From assembly GCF_001194135.2 (NCBI RefSeq), contig NC_068988.1:55906278-55951119 (forward strand): 44,842 nt of DNA. Reading direction: 5' to 3'. Positions 44,805 through 44,842 of the stretch are shown here, piece by piece. The stretch comes from Octopus bimaculoides. Its lineage: Eukaryota. Under the pieces are notes generated by a model. It did no database searches. It was not told where the DNA came from and worked only from the letters and a program-made list of their open reading frames with translations. Position 1 is the first letter of the stretch. Every line of letters starts with the position of its first letter. Both the position numbers and the translations under genes were made by a program.

Positions 44805-44807
<3 letters not shown>

Positions 44808-44842
<35 letters not shown>
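44808..44842. repeat. (TA)n microsatellite
   Basis: Direct reading. Confidence 0.95.

Overview
AT-rich, repeat-saturated eukaryotic genomic DNA with many N-gaps, most of which sit next to microsatellites. I infer an octopus/coleoid cephalopod draft assembly from the microsatellite density and SINE types; this is not verified. I cannot support any intact host protein-coding gene, and most ORF-track entries are microsatellite or gap artefacts. Content: (1) four tRNA-derived SINE families (my labels A, B, D, E) that share and swap head, body and tail modules, plus an unclassified repeat H; (2) decayed R4/Dong-like RLE non-LTR retrotransposons, one ending in (TAA)n and a stack embedded in (TACA)n; (3) DNA-transposon relics: an Hsmar1-like mariner, a fold-back mariner, hAT-Charlie MITEs, a Merlin-like MITE carrying TTAGGG repeats, a Tigger fragment and a Helentron/HINE-like element; (4) a Gypsy integrase fragment and LINE ORF1-like fragments. 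The most notable observations are three unrelated minimal type-I hammerhead-ribozyme motifs (one with an intact core, one as an inverted pair), apparent (TACA)n targeting by R4-like elements, and a SINE array that looks like repeated insertion into one target site. All alignments were done by eye and family boundaries are approximate unless a TSD or TIR is quoted.
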